DNA from: Calditrichia bacterium
GTDB taxonomy: Bacteria > Calditrichota > Calditrichia > JAJRVZ01
Direction: 5' to 3'
Length of the DNA stretch: 64,000 nt
Assembly (NCBI GenBank): GCA_963796965.1
Contig: CAWCNS010000006.1
Span: 288,001 to 352,000 of the forward strand
Part shown: in pieces, positions 11,259 to 22,033 of the stretch
Layout of the letters: every line of letters begins with the position of its first letter
Position numbering within the stretch: the first letter of the stretch is position 1
Notes under the pieces: model-generated
What the model saw: only the letters and a program-made list of their open reading frames with translations
Told to the model about the DNA's origin: nothing
The model's database searches: none
Program-made: the position numbers and the translations under genes

Positions 11259-12449
11259 TTATAAATAAAAATCAATTATCAATTTGAGCATATAAGAAGA
11301 AGGGGACATGTTTCGTTGATCCGTTGGCAGTAGAGTAAGTTTATGAATGGCGATATTCGTATTAGTGGTTGCCAACTGATTAATTAAAGATAGGCTATTT
11401 TTAATTGAACCCCTTAGATCATATTCTATTCGACTTACACGGAATAAATTTTCCTGTCGGTCTGATATCGATCGTTTTGAATTAACAGTCATCCCTGACT
11501 TGGACACGATAGCATTAGACCAGGTGTCCGGTGTTATTTTTACTGGATTGGAAGATCCCTGCGAAGAAGAGCCCGCACTTTTCTTTAGGGTGATTCCATA
11601 TAATGCAAAAAACCCCCCATTACTTCCACGTCGTTGATCAACAGTTTCAATATTATACTTTTCAATATTGCGGTCTTCTTTTACCTTTAAATTATACTTT
11701 GCCAGAACTTCACGATCTGGAACAAAAACCTCTAAATTTAAAGAATTTTCATATAACAGAATACTGGAATATTTTACTTTGGGTTGATCCAAACTGGCCA
11801 GCTGAAAAATACTTTGAAGATTTTGACTCATATTTCTATTGATGTCGGAAAGAAAACTCTGTTTTCTCACATCCTGTTCCCGTAGTAATTTTTCTTGAGC
11901 TGATTCAACGACTTGTTCCGGGACTTCTTCTTTGCTTTCTCCAAAGAAAAGACTAGATACAATAAAATATATAGCAGTAATGGCTATAATAATACCCCCA
12001 CCTATAACGATAGGTTTATAATTAAGTCCCTCCTGCTTATCATCTTCTTCGTACTCGAATAGAGGTTGACTCTCCGTTCTCTTTTCTGCTAAAGGAAATT
12101 CACTTTCAGCGGTTTCATCGTATACAATAGGCGCTTGGTCATCGATTATCGGCTCAGTCATAAAATCTTGATCATTCACCTCTACAGGCATATCCGAAGG
12201 GACCAACTCTTCTTCCTTCTTCTCGAAGACGTTTTCCGTTTCTGAATCCGGGGAAACTGGAAACAACTCGTCAGAAAAATAGTCCTCTCCCGGGGTTTGC
12301 TTTAGTTCACTTACCGGAGTGGATACGGGTGAGGAATCGAACAATGGTTCTTCTTTGGCCACTGCACCATCCAGTGGCTGTTCGGTCTTTGCTGGCTCCC
12401 GATTTGAAGACTGGTTTTCATCATCTCGAAGAATATTATATTTCGACAT
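11259..12449 (-). CDS. Bitopic membrane protein, putative PilN-PilO-like fusion with acidic disordered N-terminal region
   Basis: Likely start MSKYNIL after a GGAGGGG RBS; about 135 aa rich in E/D/P/S; one TM helix; coiled coil; two ferredoxin-like segments resembling PilN and PilO. Confidence 0.6.
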   Translation of the reverse strand: MSKYNILRDDENQSSNREPAKTEQPLDGAVAKEEPLFDSSPVSTPVSELKQTPGEDYFSDELFPVSPDSETENVFEKKEEELVPSDMPVEVNDQDFMTEPIIDDQAPIVYDETAESEFPLAEKRTESQPLFEYEEDDKQEGLNYKPIVIGGGIIIAITAIYFIVSSLFFGESKEEVPEQVVESAQEKLLREQDVRKQSFLSDINRNMSQNLQSIFQLASLDQPKVKYSSILLYENSLNLEVFVPDREVLAKYNLKVKEDRNIEKYNIETVDQRRGSNGGFFALYGITLKKSAGSSSQGSSNPVKITPDTWSNAIVSKSGMTVNSKRSISDRQENLFRVSRIEYDLRGSIKNSLSLINQLATTNTNIAIHKLTLLPTDQRNMSPSSYMLKLIIDFYL

Positions 12450-12472
12450 TTTCCCCTCCAAATATCTTTGTT

Positions 12473-13415
12473 CTATTGGTCAAGAACCACACCAATAGAT
12501 TCAACATATTTTGTTGCTTCTTCCAGCGAAGGCAATGCACTATTCATTTTTTCCGATTTTTCAATATTTTGTAATGGGTTTAATCTTAAAGGAACTACAT
12601 TCAGGTTTTTTTGAATTAATGATAAAAACCCATCATTGACATTGTCCCCATAAATAAATACACGGCTAACCCTTACCTCTTCTTGTTTATATTGTTCAAA
12701 AAGGGTTTCCATCTGTTTAATTTTTAATCGGATATTTTTTAATAGGACTTCTGAATACTCTTCTACCTGGTAATTTTTAATCAGGCGTTCATAGTCATAT
12801 GAAAAAAAACTACCGTTCCAAAGATAAGTACTTTCCAATTTGTTTGGCGCGGTTTTAAATAAAAGAACAAGGCCTTTTGCCTGCTCCTGAAGGAAGTTTT
12901 GCAAAGTAATTTCTGATACTAGCTGGTTTATAGAAATATCGACAAGATTTAAACCAACCTCTTTGCTAAGTTTTTTAAAGAATTGAATGATCTTTTTCTT
13001 TATCGCAATCGTCAGAAAGTCTTTTCGGTTATAGGTTTCAAACACATTATCTGTTTTATAAAAAATATAATCCTCTATGGGATCTAACAAACTTTGTGAT
13101 AAATCCCAGATAATATGTTCATTCTCTTCCGACTTGGAAAAACTATCAGGTAAGCTGAATTCTTTTTAATGCAGCTAGATTAGATTCAATCGATACAGAA
13201 AGATTGGTGCCAGAATCTCCTTCAGTCAATAAATTTGACTTGATCTGGTTTGCCAGTGGAGTGAGGGAATCCTCATTAAATAAATCTGGTTCATCATACC
13301 GGAATGGATACGAAAGAGTTCCTAAACGATCCAAGGCAAGAGATTGATCGAATGGTACAAAACCGGCATAATAAATTTTATCAATACAAAAGGCCAGACC
13401 GATATGTGCACTCAT
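12473..13415 (-). CDS. PilM/FtsA-like actin-fold protein with degenerate nucleotide-binding motifs, frameshift near 13153
   Basis: ORFs 13146..13415 and 12473..13090 join into about 313 aa collinear with PilM, ending RVFIYGD...LNPLQNI...VESIGVVL. Confidence 0.7.
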
Positions 13416-13466
13416 ATAGAACCAGTTATAAAAGAGATAGTCTATTATTCCCTAGATTAGATATAT

Positions 13467-15144
13467 TTATTCTTCCCAACTCGCAATACCCGTGGCGCCA
13501 GAGATCTTACCATGGTTAACTATTCGCTTCTTAAATACACCATACACCGTCATTTCTTCTCCTTCTGATGCATAAAGATAGAGAGACTTCATATGTTCAT
13601 CGATCTGCTGTAGACTCAGGTAACACGGATTCTTTTGGGACAGATTTAATTTGGGCGAGGGCCGTTTTTAGACTTTCAACAAAAGGTTCAAATGAAAAAG
13701 TATTCCGCCGTATCTTTGACAACATCTCGTCATAAGAATTTAGCTCATCTATTAATTCAATATGAACAGAATCAAGATTTCCAAAGAAATTGTCTGCATA
13801 TACCTGTTTAAATGACCCCATACTTATTAATGATGCCTCCACCTGATTTTTAATCTCTGAATATGAATCACTTTCAGGTATAGTCTTAATAAAATTCTTT
13901 TCCTTTAGATACGCATCATAAACTGCGCTGTTGGGAAGTTTATCAAGAACCGCCTCTATTTCTTTTGTTTTAATCATAATGTCAATATTGCGACGGTACT
14001 TTGTTTTTATTTGCGGATAATACTCTTTTAATTCTTCAATTTTACTCAGATAATTATCAAAAGCAGGCATAAATGGTAATTGACTGATACGGTCGGCCTC
14101 TTTGACGGCCAAAGATTTTAACTCTTCCAGAAGTGTGGGATCCTCAACCCGCAGCCCACTTGAATCGCTATAATTTACCACGTAGCGCTTTTTATCAGAA
14201 GGTGTATAAAAACTGGCCTCACTTATATTTATCAATAATGAATCACTTTCAGATAAGTTGTATTGTGTATATTGTTCAGTAATAAGAAAATCTGTAAGGA
14301 ATTCCATATATACACTTGCAAGATCTTCTGATGCAGCCGTAGCTGCACTTAGATCCGCAGAAGTATTAGAATTAATGAAATATGAAAAGCCGTTTGTTGC
14401 ATCGCGTTGAAAATCAGCGACACGATCAGAAACACTTGTCAGGTTTTTCAATTCTGTGCTATTTACCTCAGCCATTAAATTGGTGACTCTTTCTGATAGG
14501 GGCATCCAACTTTTATTCATGGCCTTGAAATCTACATTAGGCAAATTAGTGGTGATATCCTTTGAGAATGAATTAGCTAACCGGGCTGCGGATTGCAATG
14601 AATAATCAGTCATATCCCTACGTAATTGTTTAAGACTATCTAGATCAACAGCCGCTATATTGTAATTAACAAACTCCATCCCGGATCTCAAAATAGAAAT
14701 CTGTTGCTTTAATTGCTCTGCTTCTTGATCTATTGCATCGAATTTCCTAAAAAATCTCTTGTTTGCTTCCAGGTCATCTTCAATATTTTTCAGGTTAAAT
14801 GAAATATCATATAATTTTTTTATTGCATTAGAATTTAAGTACGTTTCCAGAGCATTTTTCAGACGGTTTGTGTGGTTAACAACCATTTGCTTTTTTATTA
14901 ATGCTGAATCATTTTGAATAGTCGCAATAACTTCTTTTTCGTCATCTGTATAAAAACCTTTTAGACTGTGAAAATACTGATATGATTCATATAGTGTTGC
15001 CATATTTCCACGGCTAGTAGATTTAATCACTTCTTCTTCCTGCCAGATACGACCAGGTAAAATTATGACAATTATCAGAGCAACAACCAATAATACGATA
15101 AAAAACTTTAAAATGATTGAGCCTTTTCCCTCTTGACTAGCCAT
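13467..15144 (-). CDS. Large type IV pilin-like protein, about 558 aa, frameshift near 13614
   Basis: MASQEGKG|SIILKFFIVLLVVALIIVIILP with Pro at +22, then a pilin-like helix; repaired tail ...VNHGKISGATGIASWEE*. Confidence 0.6.
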
Positions 15145-15209
15145 TATGCCTCCAACCTATTAAAAGTGTTATAAATTATTCTTATTTCTATTGATGACAC
15201 TAAGATTTT

Positions 15210-15238
15210 AACTTAATCAAATCTTAATTTAATGTCAA
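15210..15238 (-). promoter_or_regulatory. Sigma70-type promoter for the pilin-like/PilM/PilNO/rsmD operon
   Basis: TTGACA-17bp-TAAGTT on the minus strand. Confidence 0.6.
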
Positions 15239-15333
15239 ACACTTTTTCTCCCTTAGACGATCCATAACTACTACATTTTTAATGACTTCCGTCAAATGAA
15301 ATTGTTCATTTAAACCTGATTTAAGAATTATAA

Positions 15334-15362
15334 TTGCAACAATCGAACATTTTTTCTATAAT
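15334..15362 (+). promoter_or_regulatory. Sigma70-type promoter for the cyclophilin operon
   Basis: TTGCAA-17bp-TATAAT. Confidence 0.65.
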
Positions 15363-15404
15363 TTGTATCCTGCATGGGGAAAAATAAACAAATAAGGATC
15401 CATA

Positions 15405-17373
15405 TTGAAAATTATTAGCGGTATTTTATTGCCACTGATTTTGATTTCATCTTGTCTTCAGAAAGATGAAAATGAAGTAATTAAAGAGATACGGCTGATT
15501 GAGTACCAGAGACCTGCAGATCCTGATATATTTAACAAGTTTCTGGAAAGTGATGACGAAACAATCAGAATCGCCGCTATCGACGGTATTGCCAAAGTTG
15601 GAAATCCCGTTTTTCTCCCAACTTTATTGCAATTACTTCAAGAAAACAATCCGGCTATCCAAAAAAAGGTGCTATTTGCCCTCGGGCAAATAGGAGGACA
15701 AGACTCATTATTATTATCCTTTCTGGATACGAGCTCTTATAAAGATCATTATAAACATATCTTACTTGCTATAGGCCAATCAAAAGACGAAAAAATAATT
15801 CCAAACCTAATATCCAGGCTCACATCTCTCCATGATTCCTTAAAAACAGAAGCCATTAAAAGCATTACTTTTATTGCACCTCCGAAGTATAAGAATAGAA
15901 ATACTATCAGAGTCCTGGTAGAGTATCTAACGTATAACAACAAAAATGTAAGAGATGCTGCAATCTATTTTTTTTCCCGGCATCCCCAGATATCTTCTAT
16001 TCATTCCCTAATTCGTTTGCAAAATATTTCTAATTCACTATACAGTAAATACAGATTCAAAGCTTATCAGCCGGGCTTTAGACGACTATTATATTCAACA
16101 TCGTGATAGCGCATTATTCGACACATTAAAACATAATATCGTGTCGAACTTAAAAAGTGAATCTTCAAAATGGCAGCAAAAGATTTATACAATTGCTATC
16201 TTTTCGCATTTGGGAGATTCCACTGCCCTGGAGGTGGTTGAGAAGTTTCTATGGTCTGATAATCCACATCTTCGGATCTCGGCCCTTGGAATGTATTCAA
16301 AGAGTGATATACTTCAAGCAAAACAAATCCTATTAAAAGTTTATCAGGACGCTTCCTGGGCAGATAAAGGCCGCATCATTCTGGCTCTATCAAAAAAAGA
16401 TCCGGATATGATCTATTCCCTCATACAGCAGAACCTTGATAAGGGAAATATATTTTTTAAACAATTATTACTTCGAAGTCTTGCAAATATAAAAAACAGA
16501 ATGGCGCGTAATCAATTACGCCAATTTTTACAGGTACCCAATCCAAGACTAAATTATACGGCCTTTGAGGAACTATGGAATCTTCGGTATATCGGCTATA
16601 AACAAGCAAAACCGCTTTTACTTTCTGCTGACCAGGCGCTGACTTCCATTGCAACCGACTGGATTATTGAGCATCCCGAATGGCTAAGTTTTGAAGACTT
16701 GAGTACGGCATATACAAAATTTAAGGAACCAAAAGACGTTGAGGTCATGGCTATACTTCTAAGGGCAATCGCGGCACTTGAAACGCCACAGGCCATTGAT
16801 TTTATGACAAATATTTATCATACAACCAAATCCTATGTAATAGCCCATCAGCTCAAAAATAATTTGGCTGATCTTAATAAATCTGTTACAACCCGACCCG
16901 ATTTGCACACGAACCTTTTTGTTCCAGAAACGCTCGTTATTCAACCGACGCCGATTGATGCAATAATTGAGACTGAAAAGGGTACTATTACACTTCAATT
17001 ATTACCTGATATAGCCCCACTAACCGTTTCTAACTTTATAGGATTGGCTAAAAATGGTTTTTATAATAATCTCACTTTTCATAGGGTTGTTAGTGATTTT
17101 GTTGTTCAAGGTGGAGATCCAAGAGGCGATGGATGGGGAGGACCTGCCTATGCTCTACCCTGCGAATATAATGAGAAACCATTTAAACGAGGGACAATTG
17201 GTATGGCCACAGCCGGTAAAGATACCGGTAGCAGCCAGTTTTTTATCTGTCATTCTGAACAACCGCATTTAAACCGACGATATACAGTTTTTGGACAAGT
17301 CGTAAATGGAATGGACGTTGTAGATAAAATAGAGATTGATGATAAAATTTTAGAAATAATAATTAAGAAATGA
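15405..17373 (+). CDS. HEAT-repeat lipoprotein with C-terminal cyclophilin-type peptidyl-prolyl isomerase, frameshift near 16063
   Basis: Lipobox ISSC; HEAT-like repeats; [41 protein letters not shown]. Confidence 0.88.
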
Positions 17374-17382
17374 GAGGACACC

Positions 17383-18141
17383 ATGAAAAAAATATTTGTT
17401 ATATGTATTCTTTGCTTCCTGGTTAGTGTCACTGTATTGATTGCCGATCAAATTAGCGATAATCTGGCCAAAGGTGATAGCTTGTTCAAGATATATGACA
17501 ATAAAGGTGCTCTAAAAGCCTATTCTGATGTTTTAGCCATTGATTCACTGAATTATGATGCCAACTGGAAGGGTTGTCGGGCATATCTTGATGTTGGGGA
17601 AACCATTGAAGATGATGATGAACGTGCTGAATATTATCAGAAAGGGGCTGAACTTGCCCGCAGGGCAACCCGTATCGAGCCAGAAGGAGGAAAGGGACAT
17701 CTGTATTTAAGTATTGCTCTTGGACGAGTCGCCCTTGATGCCGGTGCCAAAGAGCGTATAAAACTATCCAAAGATATTAAATCTGAAGTTGACCTTGCTA
17801 TTAAATATGACCCGACAGATGATATCGCTTATCATGTATTGGGACGCTGGAATCGCAAATTAGCTAATTTAAGTTGGATAGAGAAGGGTTTTGCAGATAT
17901 GTTTCTAGGCGGTGTACCTGAAGATGCCAGCGATGAAAATGCCGTTGCAGCCTTTAAGAAAGCAGTGGAAATAAACCCTACCCATATCAATCACCACCTG
18001 GAACTCGGTATAACATATGAAACAATGGATCTTGAAGAAGAAGCCAGGGCTCAATATCAAAAATGTCTGGACCTGCCCAAATCTGATAGTGATGATGATA
18101 AGTATAAAAAAGATGCCATGGAAAGACTAGAAGATCTCTAA
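17383..18141 (+). CDS. Exported TPR protein (RMDN/PTPIP51-like)
   Basis: Signal peptide; TPR helices; AYHVLGRWN...LSWIEK...F.GG.P pattern. Confidence 0.75.
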   Translation: MKKIFVICILCFLVSVTVLIADQISDNLAKGDSLFKIYDNKGALKAYSDVLAIDSLNYDANWKGCRAYLDVGETIEDDDERAEYYQKGAELARRATRIEPEGGKGHLYLSIALGRVALDAGAKERIKLSKDIKSEVDLAIKYDPTDDIAYHVLGRWNRKLANLSWIEKGFADMFLGGVPEDASDENAVAAFKKAVEINPTHINHHLELGITYETMDLEEEARAQYQKCLDLPKSDSDDDKYKKDAMERLEDL

Positions 18142-18145
18142 CTAG

Positions 18146-18878
18146 ATGCAATACGGAATATCATTCGATTTTTGGAATACACTTTATGCCAATGGCGATG
18201 AGGAAAAACGTCATCGGTTACGGATTCAATATTTTCATACGCTCCTTTCAGAGTATAGACAGATTAGCAATGAGCTTGTACAGAAGGCTTTTCAGGCGTC
18301 TACACAAATGTTTATGGATGAATGGATAAACAAACAACGTACGCCCAGACCAGGTGAGCGTATCTTATATATGTGCGAAGTAATCGGCATAAGTCTTCCT
18401 GATGATATCATTAAAAAATTTGCTGATTATTTCGGGAGAATAATTGATACGGTTCCCCCCCTTAGAATTCCTTATATTGATGCCATTGTCCCACAACTTG
18501 CAGACAACTTTCCCCTGGCAATAATTTCTGACACCGGATATATTGATGGTAAATACATCCGGTCATTTTTGGAAAAGGAAAAAATCCTCTCCTGTTTTCA
18601 ATCCAATATCTTTTCTGATGAGCAGGAACATTGCAAACCACATGCTTCAGTTTTCCAAATGACTTGCCAAAATCTTAAAGTGAATTGTAACAGATTGATC
18701 CATATTGGAGATTTGGAACATACAGATGTGAGGGGCATCAAAGACATTGGTGGAATAAGTATTAAATTTACTGGTTGTAATGATGCATCAATAACCGATA
18801 CCCAAGCAGATTATGTGGTCAATAATTATACAGAGTCTACTTCCTCTGATAAATAAGATTACAGGTACTAACTTATAA
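18146..18878 (+). CDS. HAD-superfamily hydrolase, probable frameshift near 18836
   Basis: SFDFWNTL, AIISDTG, KPHASVF, IHIGDLEHTDVRG. Confidence 0.88.
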
Positions 18879-19010
18879 AAATGTAAACACATTACTTTTG
18901 GCAGTCGCCACAGTACAGAATAAAAATGACACCAAAGATAAATATCAGGACTTTGAGTCCGATAATGATAGTATAAATTTGCATAGAATGATTCAGGATT
19001 TGAGGCCTTC

Positions 19011-20231
19011 ATGAAAAACAAATTACTTTCCTTCGCTTTACTTCTGGTGTTAATATCTGTCCATGGGCTATTTGGGCAGGACAGTAAGATCAATATTGCT
19101 GTACTGGATCTTGATCCGACAGGTATTGCCAAACCTGATGCAGAATTTTTGTCACATCGCTTACGTACAGAACTTTTTGAGACGGGGCAGTTCCAGGTTA
19201 TCGAGCGAGAAAAAATGAATGAAATATTGACTGAACAGGGTTTTCAGCAATCAGGTTGTACTTCTGTGGAATGTGCCGTCGAAATTGGTCAACTGCTTAA
19301 TGTTGCTGTGATGACAGCTGGTAATATTGGTAAAATCGAAGACTTGTATTCTATCAGTGTCCGGATGATAGATGTAAAAACCGGTGCAATAATCAAAACG
19401 GCCACCCAGGATTTTGAGGGGAAATTAAGTGAAGTTCTAACGGATGTAATCCCTGAGATTGCATCAGAACTGGCTTCCTATGAAGTTAATAAAGGTTTAG
19501 TATCCCAACAAACTCATGATAATGAGCAAAAACAAGAATCCTCGACCGCCCAAGAGACCGGATCTTTCAGGCGATTTGGTGTCGTCTTGTTGGGTGGCTT
19601 TTCTACTCTTACCTATACAACTAAACTCAATGAAGAGATTCAGGAGGTAAATGCCTATATCGCCCCTGATATAGATGAGTTTTCTGGACATTATTTGTTA
19701 GGAGTTGAGTTGCGCTATACCTTTAGCCAACGATGGCAATTGAAGCTTGGATTTGTTGGCGAAAATATGCTATCACACTGGCAGGCATCAACGACAATCA
19801 GCTCATTGCCCGGTGGTGCTGTTGAACGAAAAAACAGATTTGTAAATTCTTATCTGGGTCTCAATTATGCAATTTGGAATTCCCCGGGAAATCATGATAT
19901 ATATATAGGAGCCGACCTAGGAAGTACATCCTACAGTTCTGATCTAATCTATTCATATACATCGCTTGATGGTACCAATTTTGAAGATAGTAAAACATAT
20001 GAATATACATCATTTACATTTAAGTTTGCTGTGGGGGGAACCTATTTTGTGAGCAAGGTGGTTTCTTTAGGAGTAAGCATCATTTTTAAAAGCGTACAAC
20101 CCTATGATACATCTGATCAATCATTCTCGACTGATTTTGATTTTCCGGAAGAATTAATTCCATTTCTCCTACCAGAAGAAATAAATGCTTCTGGTATTCA
20201 ATTTACCTTTTATCTTGGTTTTCATTTTTAA
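19011..20231 (+). CDS. CsgG/HfaB-like N-terminal domain fused to a putative outer-membrane beta-barrel
   Basis: Signal peptide; NIAVLDL...FQVIEREKMNEILTEQ..QSGCTSVECAVEIGQLL; C-terminal amphipathic strands ending FYLGFHF. Confidence 0.72.
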   Translation: MKNKLLSFALLLVLISVHGLFGQDSKINIAVLDLDPTGIAKPDAEFLSHRLRTELFETGQFQVIEREKMNEILTEQGFQQSGCTSVECAVEIGQLLNVAVMTAGNIGKIEDLYSISVRMIDVKTGAIIKTATQDFEGKLSEVLTDVIPEIASELASYEVNKGLVSQQTHDNEQKQESSTAQETGSFRRFGVVLLGGFSTLTYTTKLNEEIQEVNAYIAPDIDEFSGHYLLGVELRYTFSQRWQLKLGFVGENMLSHWQASTTISSLPGGAVERKNRFVNSYLGLNYAIWNSPGNHDIYIGADLGSTSYSSDLIYSYTSLDGTNFEDSKTYEYTSFTFKFAVGGTYFVSKVVSLGVSIIFKSVQPYDTSDQSFSTDFDFPEELIPFLLPEEINASGIQFTFYLGFHF

Positions 20232-20274
20232 TTAATAGCCCATAGATAAAATAATGATAATGGCTAGCCAAAAT

Positions 20275-21027
20275 CTAGTCTGTCTTACGATAGGTCTCGA
20301 AAAGATCAAATAGAAATTCGGGATTTAGACTAGTAATTACATGGCCATCATTTGCCCATATTTTATAGCTGACAGTGACTCCCAGGGAATCTAATTCATG
20401 AGCGGTCTGTTCTGTACCGTTTACCCACTCCGATGCATCGTTTTCACCAACGTACATAGTTATAGACATATCAACCAATCTATCCAGATGTTTTTGATCG
20501 CTCTCCAATGGCAAACCAGGAAATACTGTCAAAGACTGAAATCTCTCGGGATATACAGTAGCAAGACGAAACCCGCTAATTCCACCACTGCTTATTCCTG
20601 CCAAATGAAATTTATCCCCTTCAATCTTTAAAGATTTTTCCACTTCATCCAAAAGAATTGGGATGTACACCTCAGATCCTTCATGAAATAGTTTGTCTTC
20701 TGGGGCAATCGGATTTATAACAATCCAGTTTTGCTGTATCGACTGGCGGATATAGTATAAATTTATTGCCCACTCCACTTCATTGATGGATTGACTGCCG
20801 GGCGGAAGCGCAAGAAGTGCCGGATAGGATAGCGTCGAATCATAACTCTCCGGAAAGAGTATCACATAATTTAGTCTCTCTGAGCTACTTAATTCTAAGG
20901 TTTGACGTTTTACATAGGGATTCCCATCTTCAGGGGGTGTAATCTCTGCTTCGCATCCTATTAATGTCATAATATAAATAATGACCAATAAATAAGTTGC
21001 AATGTATAAAACTATATTTTTTTTCAT
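20275..21027 (-). CDS. Alpha/beta hydrolase (esterase-like) lipoprotein
   Basis: Likely start MKKNIV, lipobox LIGC, nucleophile GISSGG, VGEND, DGH. Confidence 0.75.
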   Translation of the reverse strand: MKKNIVLYIATYLLVIIYIMTLIGCEAEITPPEDGNPYVKRQTLELSSSERLNYVILFPESYDSTLSYPALLALPPGSQSINEVEWAINLYYIRQSIQQNWIVINPIAPEDKLFHEGSEVYIPILLDEVEKSLKIEGDKFHLAGISSGGISGFRLATVYPERFQSLTVFPGLPLESDQKHLDRLVDMSITMYVGENDASEWVNGTEQTAHELDSLGVTVSYKIWANDGHVITSLNPEFLFDLFETYRKTD

Positions 21028-21043
21028 CTTGATTTTTGCCTGT

Positions 21044-22033
21044 TTAGATCGGTAAATGGAAAGATGCGCCAAACATGATTGTCCAGCCACTTAAAGGCAG
21101 GGTTACATCATATTCTATTTCAGCCGGAACATTGATGATGAAGTCCTGGATGCTAAAGTACCCTGCTTTTATCGATGCAGACACCTGTTTTAAAAAGAAA
21201 AGTCTGGCACCAATCAACAGACGGAATCCAATATTAGGTGACAATCCACTCAAATCCAGTTCACGATAGCTATAGGTGTAAATTTTCCCACTTAGATTCA
21301 CCATTCCAGCATCACCTCCGATTGAAAAGTTTACACCCGGTAAAAAATCAAACGTGTGAAAATAATCCACCCCTAAGTGATAATATCCAAAATTCACCTC
21401 ACTTTGCAAATCATTTTCAGCTGTATTACTATATTGATTGACCATATAACCGCCATATATGGCGATATTTCTTACAAGAGTAAATCCTATCTGCCCCTGA
21501 GAAAATATTCCCAACAATGAATTGGCGGTAATAAAATCTTTCTGCCAGGTCTTTCCATCTGGATAAATCGCTCCTCCGGCAAGACTAAAAAATATCGTTT
21601 TATCCATCCTTGTATCCATAGAAGAGAGACTTTTTTCATTATTAAAAACATCTCCTGTCTGCGGCAATGATGTGATGATGAGACTATCATTCTCATTATA
21701 AAAATACCGCTTCAAATCCATTATTTTTATTGTTCTTGGACCATTCTCAGCAACAATATTTAGTTCCGTGACTGATCTTGTCAGGACTTTGCATTTAATT
21801 GTTTCGCCATTTAACAAATATACCATGTCAGCATAGCGGAATGTGATAGTCCTTACAAGTGAATGGGGAATCCTTGAAAAAATGGTATCTGATACTTGCA
21901 AATAAACCTGTTTATCGTCAGATTTTAGAATAGCCCCTTTATATTTTGTCCCATCCTTAACAATTACACAATCTGCAAAAGATAATAAGGGTAACAAAAG
22001 CAATAGAAAGATGACTACCGATCGATTTTTCAT
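21044..22033 (-). CDS. Exported protein with two small N-terminal beta domains and a putative outer-membrane beta-barrel
   Basis: Repeated D.V..(K/L)(D/N)G....(G/C).(I/V)L motif; C-terminus LSGWTIMFGASFHLPI. Confidence 0.6.
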   Translation of the reverse strand: MKNRSVVIFLLLLLPLLSFADCVIVKDGTKYKGAILKSDDKQVYLQVSDTIFSRIPHSLVRTITFRYADMVYLLNGETIKCKVLTRSVTELNIVAENGPRTIKIMDLKRYFYNENDSLIITSLPQTGDVFNNEKSLSSMDTRMDKTIFFSLAGGAIYPDGKTWQKDFITANSLLGIFSQGQIGFTLVRNIAIYGGYMVNQYSNTAENDLQSEVNFGYYHLGVDYFHTFDFLPGVNFSIGGDAGMVNLSGKIYTYSYRELDLSGLSPNIGFRLLIGARLFFLKQVSASIKAGYFSIQDFIINVPAEIEYDVTLPLSGWTIMFGASFHLPI

